Assembly (NCBI GenBank): GCA_030295235.1
Contig: AP026129.1
Location: forward strand, 1 to 64,000
Reading direction: 5' to 3'
DNA: 64,000 nt
Source: Fistulifera solaris
Taxonomy: Eukaryota
The translations under genes were made by a program, and so were the position numbers. Below the pieces are notes generated by a model. The model ran no database searches, was not told the origin of the DNA, and saw nothing but the letters and a program-made list of their open reading frames with translations. Positions 40,697-51,240 of the stretch are shown one piece after another. How positions within the stretch are numbered: position 1 is the first letter of the stretch; the number at the start of each line of letters is the position of its first letter.

Positions 40697-41469
40697 GGTT
40701 CCAAACAAGCAACGAACTAAGAATGATTAACAAAACCGGTAGAGATTTCTTTTCTGATTGCCCGTAAATTGTGAACGATCCTATTTGATCAGATCTCGTC
40801 CTCTGTATTTTCCCTACATGATTATGTGACATCGATTACTTGGGAAACATGTGAACGAGGAAGTCAGTCTCGACATAGATTCTAAACTTGGTCTTGCAGT
40901 CGCTGAAGCGAGAACATCTATAATTAGAGTACGTTGAGGAAGGAATACTTAGATGATGAGCCGTTAAATATTTAGGTTGTTACACTCGCCGAGAGCCAGG
41001 TCGTCACGAGTCACGAGTCGTCGTAGCGGTATGTAAGGGTTTTACGGGACTCGTCTGCCGGCTGTCGGCTGCCGGCTGTCCGCTGTAGCAGACCGCCGTC
41101 CGCGCAGTGCAGCAGTGCCACGACGAACAGTTATTTACAAAGTAGTCTACCAGGGACGTTGGAGAACGCGTGTACACTTTGTAATCCATGACTTACATAT
41201 TCCTCTCAAAAACTTTTTCCGTTGGAGACCCGATTATCAAGATCACTTATGGGGCCGACAAGGACTTGCGCGCGTCAATCCCCTTGCCGGCAACTTCGAG
41301 AGGATTGTTTTGAATAATTACGAGCAGATCGTTTTGTGCGAAGGTATTGTTAGTAAAACTATACAATAACCGTGCCTCACAACTCCCGATTGTATTCTTC
41401 TTGTGGGAAATCTAACTATCTATCGTAGGCTTGACATAGACAGCGCACACACGGGGTTAGTTCGGCGCT

Positions 41470-42741
41470 ATGAAATTACGCAACTCAAAGATAACAATCT
41501 ACGACATGTTTTCGCGATGTACCTTTGCGGCGATGGGGATTCTTTCGCTCTCGGCTAGTTTCACGAATGCATGGGGAGGCAATAGCAACAGCGCTCAACT
41601 TTCCGTCTATGGGAATGCGTTGGAACGCGACTGGCTTTACAGTTCATCATCTATTTCGCTGAAACTAGAAGGTTGTACTTGGGGATATGTCGAAGACAGT
41701 GGAGAAAGCGGTTGTCTTGAAAGGGGCAGTGAAGATGGAACAACCTATTGGTATCAAATGGCGAATTGTCGAAGAGCTCAAGCTGTCTTTTCCTTGTATG
41801 CAAGCTCCTCTGGCAGCACTAGCTGCAATAAGAACACATTTCAAGAGACGGTAGGTCTCATTACAGGCTGAATGTCTTTTTTTCACACAAATCACTCTTC
41901 GTTCACTTATCAATGACGACTCTTTCACTCATCTTTACCGTTCTCACAGTTTGTCACGAAAAACGGTCTGTTGGAGTTTATTTACTACATGAATCAATAT
42001 GATAGCAACAATGCCTTGAGTGACTATGCCGTCAACTATCACCAAGGAGGAGACAACAATAAGGACAAAGACAAAAACAACAACAATAATAACAACAACA
42101 ACAATTATAACAGTGGCGGAGAGTTTCTTCCAATGTGCGAATATGTCAACAATGGGTATGTAGGTTTGGGTTGCAGCGGCGACGGAACCTTTTCGCTGCA
42201 GTATTTCAGTGACGAGTACTGCCTCAGGCCAACAGGACAAGTCTACGACAATCTCAAATCTCTCAATTACGCATTGAAAACGTACAAGGGGTGTCATGGA
42301 ATCTACAGCAGCGGTGACGGAAACAATTTGGCTCAGATTCTTGCCTACAACGCCGATCCGTGCTCGTCGTTAGATAGCGATCTTTGCACAGATACTACCA
42401 GCATGAAGACCCGACGAAGCTCCAGCGGGGCATCGTCCGCTGCGAGAAATGCCGTCGGCAAATTCAGTGTTGGCTCAAAAACATGGATCACCAAGACAAA
42501 ATATGTCGGTGGGGGTATGTTTCTGTTGGCGTCATTTGTCATGTTTACTGGTATCCTCTTCACCAATCGCAGAAGGCGTCGCGCTCTCATGCAGCGCAAG
42601 TATCGCCAAGCCAAGCTTCGCGGTGAAAGCTCTCGTCGAAGCAGCAGTAAGCGCTCGAAAAGCAAGGGACGAGACATTAGCAAGTCTCGACGCCGATCGA
42701 AAAGTAGGGGTAGAACGGAGGCGGACGGAGTATTTACGTAG
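41470..42741 (+). CDS. Cys-rich single-pass membrane protein of unknown function
   Basis: Signal peptide, multiple Cys, poly-Asn, TM (GGMFLLASFVMFTGILF), basic Arg/Ser tail. Intron about 41851-41949. Confidence 0.75.
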
Positions 42742-42857
42742 AAAGGGGGTCCTCAATGTATTACGTCTCGCTGAAGAGTATAGTAGGCGACAAAATTATA
42801 TGTTACATCATGATGCAACGCAACAGCGTAGTCTAGTTCTCTGGTGCCATATCTTTA

Positions 42858-44375
42858 TCATGGCATTAGTTGATTATTTCCCGTCATTATATCATTCAGC
42901 CCCAAAACCTCATTCTCTGCGTGACTGCGCTCGTATTCTTCCAAAAAGAGATTATCGTCTCTTATTTGTGAACCTACTCTCTCATTTGCTAATAGAACCG
43001 TATTGCCGGGTCGAGGACCCACAAAGGAGTTGGAAAGTGGATCCGTCAATATGAGCTGAAAAGAAAAATGTTGCCCACGTATCACTTCTTTCATCATGTT
43101 CAAAAAGTCATTGAAGCGGTTTGATAACTCGTCTTCTTGTCTTGCACTGTCGCCCGTCCTTTTGATGGCAGAATCGCCCGTCGCAAACGGATTGGTAGTC
43201 TCTAAATGTTCCACTATCTTGGTCAAAATTCCTTCAACGGTCGAATAGACTCCTCCGAGACTACTCCCTCCGACTTCCAATTCAAACTCCGGTATGTTTA
43301 TTGTGGCTGTCGTGCTTGTGAGCACATCACGAGACAAATCAACCATGTCGGTGACATTCAAAATGATTCGAGTTCCGCGCTCCGAAATGGCGCCACCGTT
43401 TCCCTGAATATCATTACTACGATAGCCACAGGTCGAACAAAGCATACACATGAGAATAACTGATTGAAAGTGGGGAATATCTGTCGAGCACATATTTGAT
43501 TCCGCGGGGCATCGACAGCTCGGACATATAGTAGGGAAACGCATGATTTCGTCTTTGGGGACACATTTCTCGGTCAGCTCAGATCTTTCATCCCCGCAAG
43601 CGTACATTGTGTAGCGAAGAGCCTTTGAATTGGTATGGTCAGCATTGTTTTTGGTATCGAAAGGCGGTTGCAGACCCAGGACTGCATCTTGTTGAAGAGT
43701 GCGACGGTACGGTGTATGTGTAAGTTGAGGATCTCGATGCGGAGCTTGAAAATTTTCAATGTCAGAATTCCCAGCTGGATCATCAAGGATGACGTCAAAG
43801 GGAAATTCGGAAGTATTATCGGTTCCAGGAGTCTCGTTCTCGGATACGGTTTCCGAGCGACTGATCCACCGCTGTATGGTGTCGATGACTGCACGGCAGC
43901 GATGAAAATTGTCCACGTCCCCTGAAAGCAATCGTTCTGCCTGCTGTTGAGTGAGATGATGGACTGTCGTTTGTAAAATTCCCTCCAGCGTTGATATTTT
44001 CCCTGGCTGTGTTGAAGGAGGGATTTCAAAATCGAGCGTTGGAAAGAAAAGGGTCGCCGAATCGGATTTCACAATTTGGCGATTCAAATCCTCGAAACTG
44101 CGAACAATGAGTGTAATTCGCTGCCCCTTATCTTGAATGGACCCGCCAAAGGATACTTGGGCATTGCGATAACCGCAGACTTCGCAGCAAAGGTTCATGA
44201 TGATAAGTTCGCGGAAGTAGGGAACCTTTGTTAGGAGTATTGTTGTCGTAGCCTTACCGCTTCGACAAGCCGGGCAGTAGCAATCCTTCACAATAGATGG
44301 TTCACATTCTTTGTGGCTCATTGTAGATTGCGGTAACGTTACGCATTCTTGCTTATCTTTGTGATTGTTATTCAT
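42858..44375 (-). CDS. ZPR1: Zinc finger protein ZPR1
   Basis: Two CxxC...IP(Y/H)F...CxxCGYR modules, DLNRQIVKSD, STLEG/STVEG, DDPAGNS/DPLSNS. Confidence 0.95.
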   Translation of the reverse strand: MNNNHKDKQECVTLPQSTMSHKECEPSIVKDCYCPACRSGKATTTILLTKVPYFRELIIMNLCCEVCGYRNAQVSFGGSIQDKGQRITLIVRSFEDLNRQIVKSDSATLFFPTLDFEIPPSTQPGKISTLEGILQTTVHHLTQQQAERLLSGDVDNFHRCRAVIDTIQRWISRSETVSENETPGTDNTSEFPFDVILDDPAGNSDIENFQAPHRDPQLTHTPYRRTLQQDAVLGLQPPFDTKNNADHTNSKALRYTMYACGDERSELTEKCVPKDEIMRFPTICPSCRCPAESNMCSTDIPHFQSVILMCMLCSTCGYRSNDIQGNGGAISERGTRIILNVTDMVDLSRDVLTSTTATINIPEFELEVGGSSLGGVYSTVEGILTKIVEHLETTNPFATGDSAIKRTGDSARQEDELSNRFNDFLNMMKEVIRGQHFSFQLILTDPLSNSFVGPRPGNTVLLANERVGSQIRDDNLFLEEYERSHAENEVLGLNDIMTGNNQLMP

Positions 44376-45104
44376 AGACTATAAAACGAAAGGTACCGGT
44401 ACGCTAGAGTTTGTGGCTGCTGGCAGGAAACGGCGTTAAAATTCTGCCTCGTCGTGGACGCTACGTAGAATCTTGTACGGGAGGCAGAATTTTAACGTCC
44501 TTCCCAGGCTTCTGCGAATACACGTGGGAAAGTATTTTTGACAAAATAAAACGAAAAATGGAAAATTCAGTCGAATGTCGAAATTCCATTCTGATTTTAG
44601 GAAATAAGGAATAAATATAAGGATCTAATTTGTTTTTTTTGAAACTTGTCTCTACAAGTAGTCCTTGTTAATGACGAGATACATGGTGTGACTCAAATTG
44701 ATCGAGTCCCGGACAAAAGTAGGTACCGTAGGGCCGAAATTGAGGCATATTTCCGTTCTGACTTTGAGGGTAAGGTGTACTTAGAGCAATTCGAATTTTT
44801 TCGACCAGTTTGAAGTTTCGCGCCTGGAAATGCAACCAACTTTTTGACCTATACAAAGTTAGGCTGGCGCTCTTTGCATATGCATTTTCGTTTTTTCAAA
44901 CGATTGTCAACGATGTGTCGACCACGCACAGCTTCCTTTTCGTTGCGAAGATATGCCATTTTTTCCGTTTTCGTCCGCCCGAATCCCTACTGTCATTCCT
45001 ACGTAGTTTTGGCACGGTAGCAACACGCCGAAAAAATTTGCCCTCACAAACGAAGAGAAAATGAAGATTGCGGTCGAAGCCAAAAACTTTGAACGCAGAA
45101 AGAA

Positions 45105-45473
45105 ATTGCTGCAAAGTATAACAATTATGTGAATGAAAAATGGAAAATTCAGTCGAATGTTGCCCCCGCCGGATGATGCGGACGAGATTCACATTCGTTT
45201 CAATCAGCAAGGATCGGTCCAGATGACAGAAGCCGTTACATCTCTCGCAGGCACTCGTGAATCGTTACCAACATCATTGTTGGTGGTGGTCACCACTTCG
45301 ATGATCTACGTTCAAGAAGGAGTGCTGAAAGAATCAATCAACGCCAGGAAGGAGAGTTGCCTCGTGAGGCTATGTTAAGGCATGTACTTATCACGGGAGA
45401 ACGAAGACCAATTCCACAACCGCTGAAGACATTAAAAGTAGAAGAAGTGATATTACAAATTAACACGAACTAG
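45105..45473 (+). pseudogene. C-terminal remnant of a stramenopile Harbinger-like transposase
   Basis: IAAKYNNYVNE (cf. AKLHNFCINE) ... PTSL-VGGGHHFDDL...LPREAMLRHV...GERRP, recognised by eye as a C-terminal motif of such transposases. Confidence 0.45.
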
Positions 45474-47437
45474 TAACTTAGGCTTTCGAGATAAGTGCAC
45501 TTTACCCATTGAGTTTCTTCTCCAATGATTCAACCTTGTCCTCCAATATTGCAAGTTCATCTCGCACATCCAATATCTCATCTTGGATTGCATCTTTCTC
45601 TTCATTAGGAGTCTTTTCCAATTTCCGTTCCAAATGACGGATTTTTTTTCCAGAACAATGATTTTGTCATCGAGTGCGGCCTTTCGGTTGAGATCAGCAC
45701 TTCTTTCCTGGAGAAGCTTTTCCCGTTCGAACTGCACTCGGTCAGCCTCCTCCCGATCTTTCTTTTCTTGATCATAGCGCTGCTTTTTCTCTTCCCTTTC
45801 CTGGGGCGATCAGCTGTCGTTTCTGGACCCACTTTTCTTCTTCAGTAGTCTGGATGACACTGATCAATTTTTTCAAAGCAATCGCTGACCATGACTTCCG
45901 GCCGGAAGAAGATTTTGATGGGAAGCAGTCAGGCTATCGAGTGGTGTGAGGTCCATTCGACCATGGGACGATGCTACTCGAGAAGAGATCATCTGTAGCG
46001 TTGTGCTCAGCAAACCATTTTCATCCAGCAACTCCCAAAAGTAGAGCAGATACGGCGGGTCATTCTTCTTCAAGAAACTGTAGCGATTGTCCGATGTGGG
46101 TGAATAGTTGCACACGTGTCCCCACTTTCGTGTAGTAGCACCGGTGTTACTTGCGGTCGCGGTTGCCAATTCCGCTATGTCCCGACTTTCCTGGATAACC
46201 ACCAGCTCCGACTCCTGTGCTGGTTGTTCGGCAATTGCCACCATTGTTTCCGATTGTTCCTCACTTGCAACATTACTTGCGCTCGATGCTGCGTCATTAT
46301 TAAGTAGTACCACGATTGGGTCAGGATTTATCTCCATCATGTCAGGATCTTGGTCTGTGGTTGGCATGAGTCCACAGTCACCAGCACCACTTGCCTCCCA
46401 GCGCTTCATGATGTGGTACATTGCAACCTTCATGGCCTGCAGGCGGTCCTCGCAGGCACCAGGATTGGGGTGCGAATAATCTTTGACCAACTCATAGTCA
46501 AGAGCAATAGGATGCTTGAAACTAACATGGACAGAAGAGGCTTTTGTCAATGGGTTGAAGGATGGATCTGCCCATTTTGCGGATAACAACTCCTTCCAAT
46601 CAGGGCGGTGCAACATCGGAATCCTTGCCGTCCAATTCAGGTCGGCTGAGATGCCGATACCGCTCAAATACAACCGCTTCACTTCATTGTCCAACAGGCA
46701 ATGCATTAAACGCAGAAATGGAAGACGGTCGCGCCACTGTTTTCCTTTTAAAGCTTCGTTCTGATCCGCATCTTGACCGCATTCCAATCTCTTCAGTTTG
46801 TCAACTTGCAATACCAAAAAGCAACGTCCTCAGTCTTGGTGACTGGGTTTTCCTCTAACCACTTAGTCGCCTTCGCTTTTTGACCAGTGATTGGGCTTTT
46901 CAGGCTTTCCGAGGATCTTGGCGCGGCGCACGACTTCATTGGCGCAACATTGCTGTGTTCGGTGTAATGTTGCGTTTACCAAGTTGAAGACAAAGAGTTT
47001 TAAGAGGATCTGTATCGAGGGACAATAATGGCTGCCCTTCAACACAAATACCAATCGAAAAAACCCACAGGAATTCCAATTTGCCACCATTCTCTTCGAA
47101 AATAGATTGGACAGAATGTTGAGGAACTGGGGTGGAAGCAAATGGGCGACTGGAAGCGGAATCTCGCGCACTACCACTGCTGAGATTTCCTGGTCGCATT
47201 CTCTTGAACGGACAGCTGGAGTGAGTACGCCTTCATCAGAAGAATCGTCGGAATCAATACTCCCATGGTCTGCCAAACGAGCGACTGCCTCGTCCATATC
47301 AGAGCTCTCGGCTCTCATTCTTGTGATGCTTCGTCACCAACTGAGCCGGAATCATCGGCTCTCGTGCTAGCCGGATCAACAGGCAGGTTCCCTTCAGCAA
47401 CACGTTGCAACAAGGGGGGTATTATAGTTACTCATGA
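45453..47437 (-). pseudogene. Transposon accessory (ORF2-like) protein, frameshifted
   Basis: PFLRLMHCL...WKELLSAKWADPSFNP...RWEASGAGDCG...RYSFL...YLLYFWELLDENGLL plus C-terminal coiled coil. Spread over several frames. Confidence 0.5.
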
Positions 47438-48347
47438 GATTTTCTGATAGGAAAGACAGTGGAATAAAGAGAAAGTAATTATAGAAATGGCAGATTTTGA
47501 TATGCCGACGTTCAATAATTTGGGGAGAAAGGCGGAAAACGGTGCTACGGACGAACTCTGTTTTTTCAACTCGATTTTTTCCGAGTTTGCAACTCCATTT
47601 TTTTTCTTGGCAAACTCCGAGTTTGCCGAGCCGAAAAAATGGACTTTGAGTACCGGGAAAGTGGATGTGGCACTCAAAGTCCGTTTTTTTTTCCTTTTTT
47701 TTCCCTTCCGGTCGATGAATGGGCATGGCCTTAGATTCTGAGGATTAAAAACTTAGGAATAATATTACTGGTAATTCACGAAAAAAAATATTTCTCAATC
47801 GCAGGTCTCACGTTGGTTGTTGGTTGACCCAGTTTGCAAAGCTTGACTGGAAGCTGCAAGTTGCCGGATAAGCACAAGAAGAAGAAGTACACGCTTGGTT
47901 TTTTTTGGTCTTATACTTCGATTTTCTATAAATTTCAATTATGTACTACGTACCCTCATCCCCAGTACCGGTACCGCACTCAGTGCTCAGTGGGCTGTGA
48001 TCTATCATCTATGATGTACTATTTCTAATTTATGAATTCTCTTTTCTCTTTCCAATTGCACTCTTGAGAATACCTTATGGCTTCTGGCTTAAGGGTTTAA
48101 CTCCAAGTGCGAACACAAAAGATATTGTTTATGCCCCTCGAGTTCACGATTACGATTATAATCCTTTTAACTTGAATCTTCCGACTTCCGTGCTTCCGAG
48201 TCAAGATCGATGGTCGATGGTTGGATCTGATAGTAGTAAGTAAAACATACAGCCTTAAGACTTAAACGCACCTGGTATTCGTTCTGAGGATTAGTGCCCG
48301 TGCCCGATGACCAATGTGAAAACGGGTGTGACTATCTTCGTTGAGCA

Positions 48348-49401
48348 ATGGTGTTTTCTATTTATTTTTTTTTACCCAAAACCGAAACCCAGCACAGCGA
48401 AAGGACGCCTTCCCTACTTTCTACTGCATACGAATTACAAATGACACGTGCAAAATACATATCGCACAGCGAAAGCGATTTTGATCTCTGTTCTTTTGTT
48501 TTTCGAACGCGAACACTCGAACATCGATGCACTGGCGCAATGCGCAATGCTTCGCATACTCATAGAAATTGGAAAGTCAGCAGAATGGATATCGCGCATC
48601 GTTTTCACGGAACAGGCGTCAAGCTTTACCGAGAGGGTCGCGGCTCTGAAGCATTTGATCAGTTTTATGCGTCAATCGAGGTTCAGATGCTTAGCCAACG
48701 CAGGACGATGATGTTGCTTGACTTGAATCAATGCCAATCTCTTGCTTTCCATGATTCTATTGCTAAAGCCCTCAAATTGGATTCATGTAAAAGAAATTAT
48801 CCCTCAGTGAGCTTGCAGGCGCTTGACTTTCTTTCCCCCGAAGCCTGTTCTTTTGAACAGGTCAGACAAATGTGCACAACAACCGATGGTCTCTCCCATC
48901 AAAACAGTCCTCCAAATCATCATAGATTTGCCAGAACCGAAGATCCTTACATATTTGACAGAATTTTCCGCTGGAAAGCTCCTGAATGTCCAAGCTATGA
49001 ACAATTTGTCGTGCACCTTGCAACGGACTTTTTTCAATATGGCCTTAATTCTCCAACAAGGGTTCATGAATCACAAAATGAATCGCTGTCTCGAACGGGC
49101 GATGGTGCTCTACAATAATGCGGGTGAACTGTTGTGGAAGAATTTAGGCATGGCCTTAGTTCGCTCTTGTCCCATGGGTGTCTCCCTATCAACTTTGTAC
49201 TGTGCCGTGCTCAACAATACCGGGTACTTAATGCATCAAATGGGTCGATTTGACTATGCAGAGATCTTTTACTATCGCTTGAATGGGGCACTTGAAGTTC
49301 TCGAGCCGGCGGAGAGTTTAGAGGAGCAAAGCGATCGGGATGCTTTGCAACTCAATGTAATCGTACGGTATGGCGCCTGTACTGCCGCCGGCTCGGCCTA
49401 A
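48348..49401 (+). CDS. Uncharacterised helical-repeat (TPR-like) protein (frameshift near 49030)
   Basis: FFNMALI...LERAMVLYNNAGELL...VLNNTGYLMHQMG...TAAGSA. Start uncertain. Confidence 0.6.
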
Positions 49402-49736
49402 CAGAGTCTTGGAAAGTTTTTGTGGTAATTCTGTAAAAAGAAAAAGAATAAAGCTTTTCTGCGTTAACGTCGATGCACATCGCACATCGCATGATCTCTA
49501 TATCGTCACTTCTGTTCTAAAGGAGTCCCCGGCTTTTAAACCTTAACACCCCGTCTGATCGTCATCCGTCAGACGGTGGTTTTCGTTTTGCTGTTTGCTG
49601 TAGTTTGCTGGTAAAAGCTGTTGTTGTTTTTGTTGTCGTCGTTGTGCGAGGTACTTGTAGTTGTATTGTCGCTCAATCGATCATGCATCTCTAAAGCTAT
49701 AATCTATCCCGTCTCGACACACAATAATCAACGAAA

Positions 49737-51142
49737 ATGGTACAAGGATTAGCATTTCTCTCCAAAAAATCATGGCACACGAAGAACTTTGCAAATCAGG
49801 GAGAAAAGGTGTGGCTCGCGGAGGAGCAAAAGCGAGCCGAAGAACAGAAAACAAAAGAACTTGCACGGCAAATACAACAAGAAAGAGAAGAAGAAGAATT
49901 AGATAAAGTTGCTGGAACAAAAAGAAAAGAGATCGCGGAATTGATTGGATGTATGAAGGAGGAAACGCACAATCCGAGCTAGCGAAAGAAGATGCGAAAA
50001 AGCAGGCCGAAGAGTATTTGCTGGGAAAGGAATTTGCAGCAACGCAACAGTCTGGAGGACATTTCAATGCCGAAGACAAAAATGAAGGGATACACGCGGT
50101 CCTAAAACAGCCGCCTGTCTCAAATGACGCGGAAGAAACCGTGACTACTAGAGAGACTTCCATGAAAGAACCGGCATCCTCAATTCATTTACCTTCCGTG
50201 CACGATCGAAATGAATCATTTCGTATGCGATACGAAGATCCTATGTTTGCTGTATCGCAAAAAGCACGCGAAAAGCAAGAAAAACTTGAGCAAACAAAAG
50301 CGCTCTACGAACGCGTGACGGGGAAAAGTGTGCTCGATCGAACAGACGAAAGTGAAACACAAAGAAAGTCACGAAAGCGATCGAAGAAGGAGAAAAAACA
50401 TCACAAAAACCATAGAAAGAAAGAAAGGAAACGACGCTACGACGACTCAGATAGTGACAGTAGAAGCTACCGTAAACGTCGAAGACGTAGTCGAAGTCCT
50501 TCTCCTCGGCGAGACCGATCGTTGACTGCCGCAAGACGTCATAGTAGTCGAGGTAGAGAAAGAAGTAGGAGTCAGAGTGGGGATTCGTCCAGATCCAGCG
50601 ACTACAGTCATAGCTCTAGATATGACGATCAGCGGTACAGAAAGAGGGAGTCCTCGCACAATTCGAAAATGAGCAAGACCCACCGTTCATTCTCTCCGGA
50701 TGAAGGCGCACCATTTAAGAAGTCGGGCTACGGTCTCATTAGATCACGAGATGAGACTCTACAACTTATGGGACCGGATACATTGGGTCCAGATCGAGAC
50801 TTGCTCGATTCAAAGCGTCAATCTAGGGAAGAAGAACGTCGCCGACAACGGGAGCGAGCATCCACCCGGCGTCACCGTACTTTTGAAGAGCGGGAGGCTG
50901 CTCTACGTGCCATGGAAATGGATGCACGGCACCGCGGAGAGTCGCGGCACGATTCCACAAGAGTGGGTGGGCCCGATGGGCTGTCAGATCAAACACCGGA
51001 GGAAACAAGGCATCACAATCCGAGTTTTCTGCACGACGTGCGCCGAAAAGTGAATGGGTTGCAAGGCAATCCAGGTCTTGCAGATCGCATGCGTCGAAAT
51101 CGAAATACAAATCAAAGACCGGATAGTGATCGGTTTTTATGA
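49737..51142 (+). CDS. CWC25/CIR1-like splicing factor (Cir_N domain)
   Basis: GLAFLSKKSWHTKNFANQ.KVWLAEEQ, IDWMYEG, YLLGK, EDPMFAV, RS-rich tail. One frameshift. Confidence 0.85.
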
Positions 51143-51240
51143 ACAATATGTGTTCGTGGTATGGAAGTGGACCTTCTTCGCTAAATTCCAGTTTCAACCT
51201 AATATTTTAAAAAAGGATCCGCGTTAGCCGTAGCAATTCT

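Larger units (their letters stand above)
44520..47810. mobile_element. Decayed or internally deleted Harbinger-like DNA transposon (boundaries unresolved)
   Basis: Transposase-like C-terminal remnant (+) convergent with a frameshifted accessory ORF (-), and palindrome-rich subterminal sequence. No convincing TIR/TSD pair found. Confidence 0.45.

Noticed and set aside
44522..47813. ACGT flanks or GGCC|TTA (47730) as termini of the second transposon
   Set aside because: No matching inverted repeat was found at the other end, so the boundaries are left unresolved.
49551..49576. CCGTCTGA/TCAGACGG hairpin upstream of the CWC25-like gene
   Set aside because: An isolated 8-bp stem is plausible by chance and has no other support.
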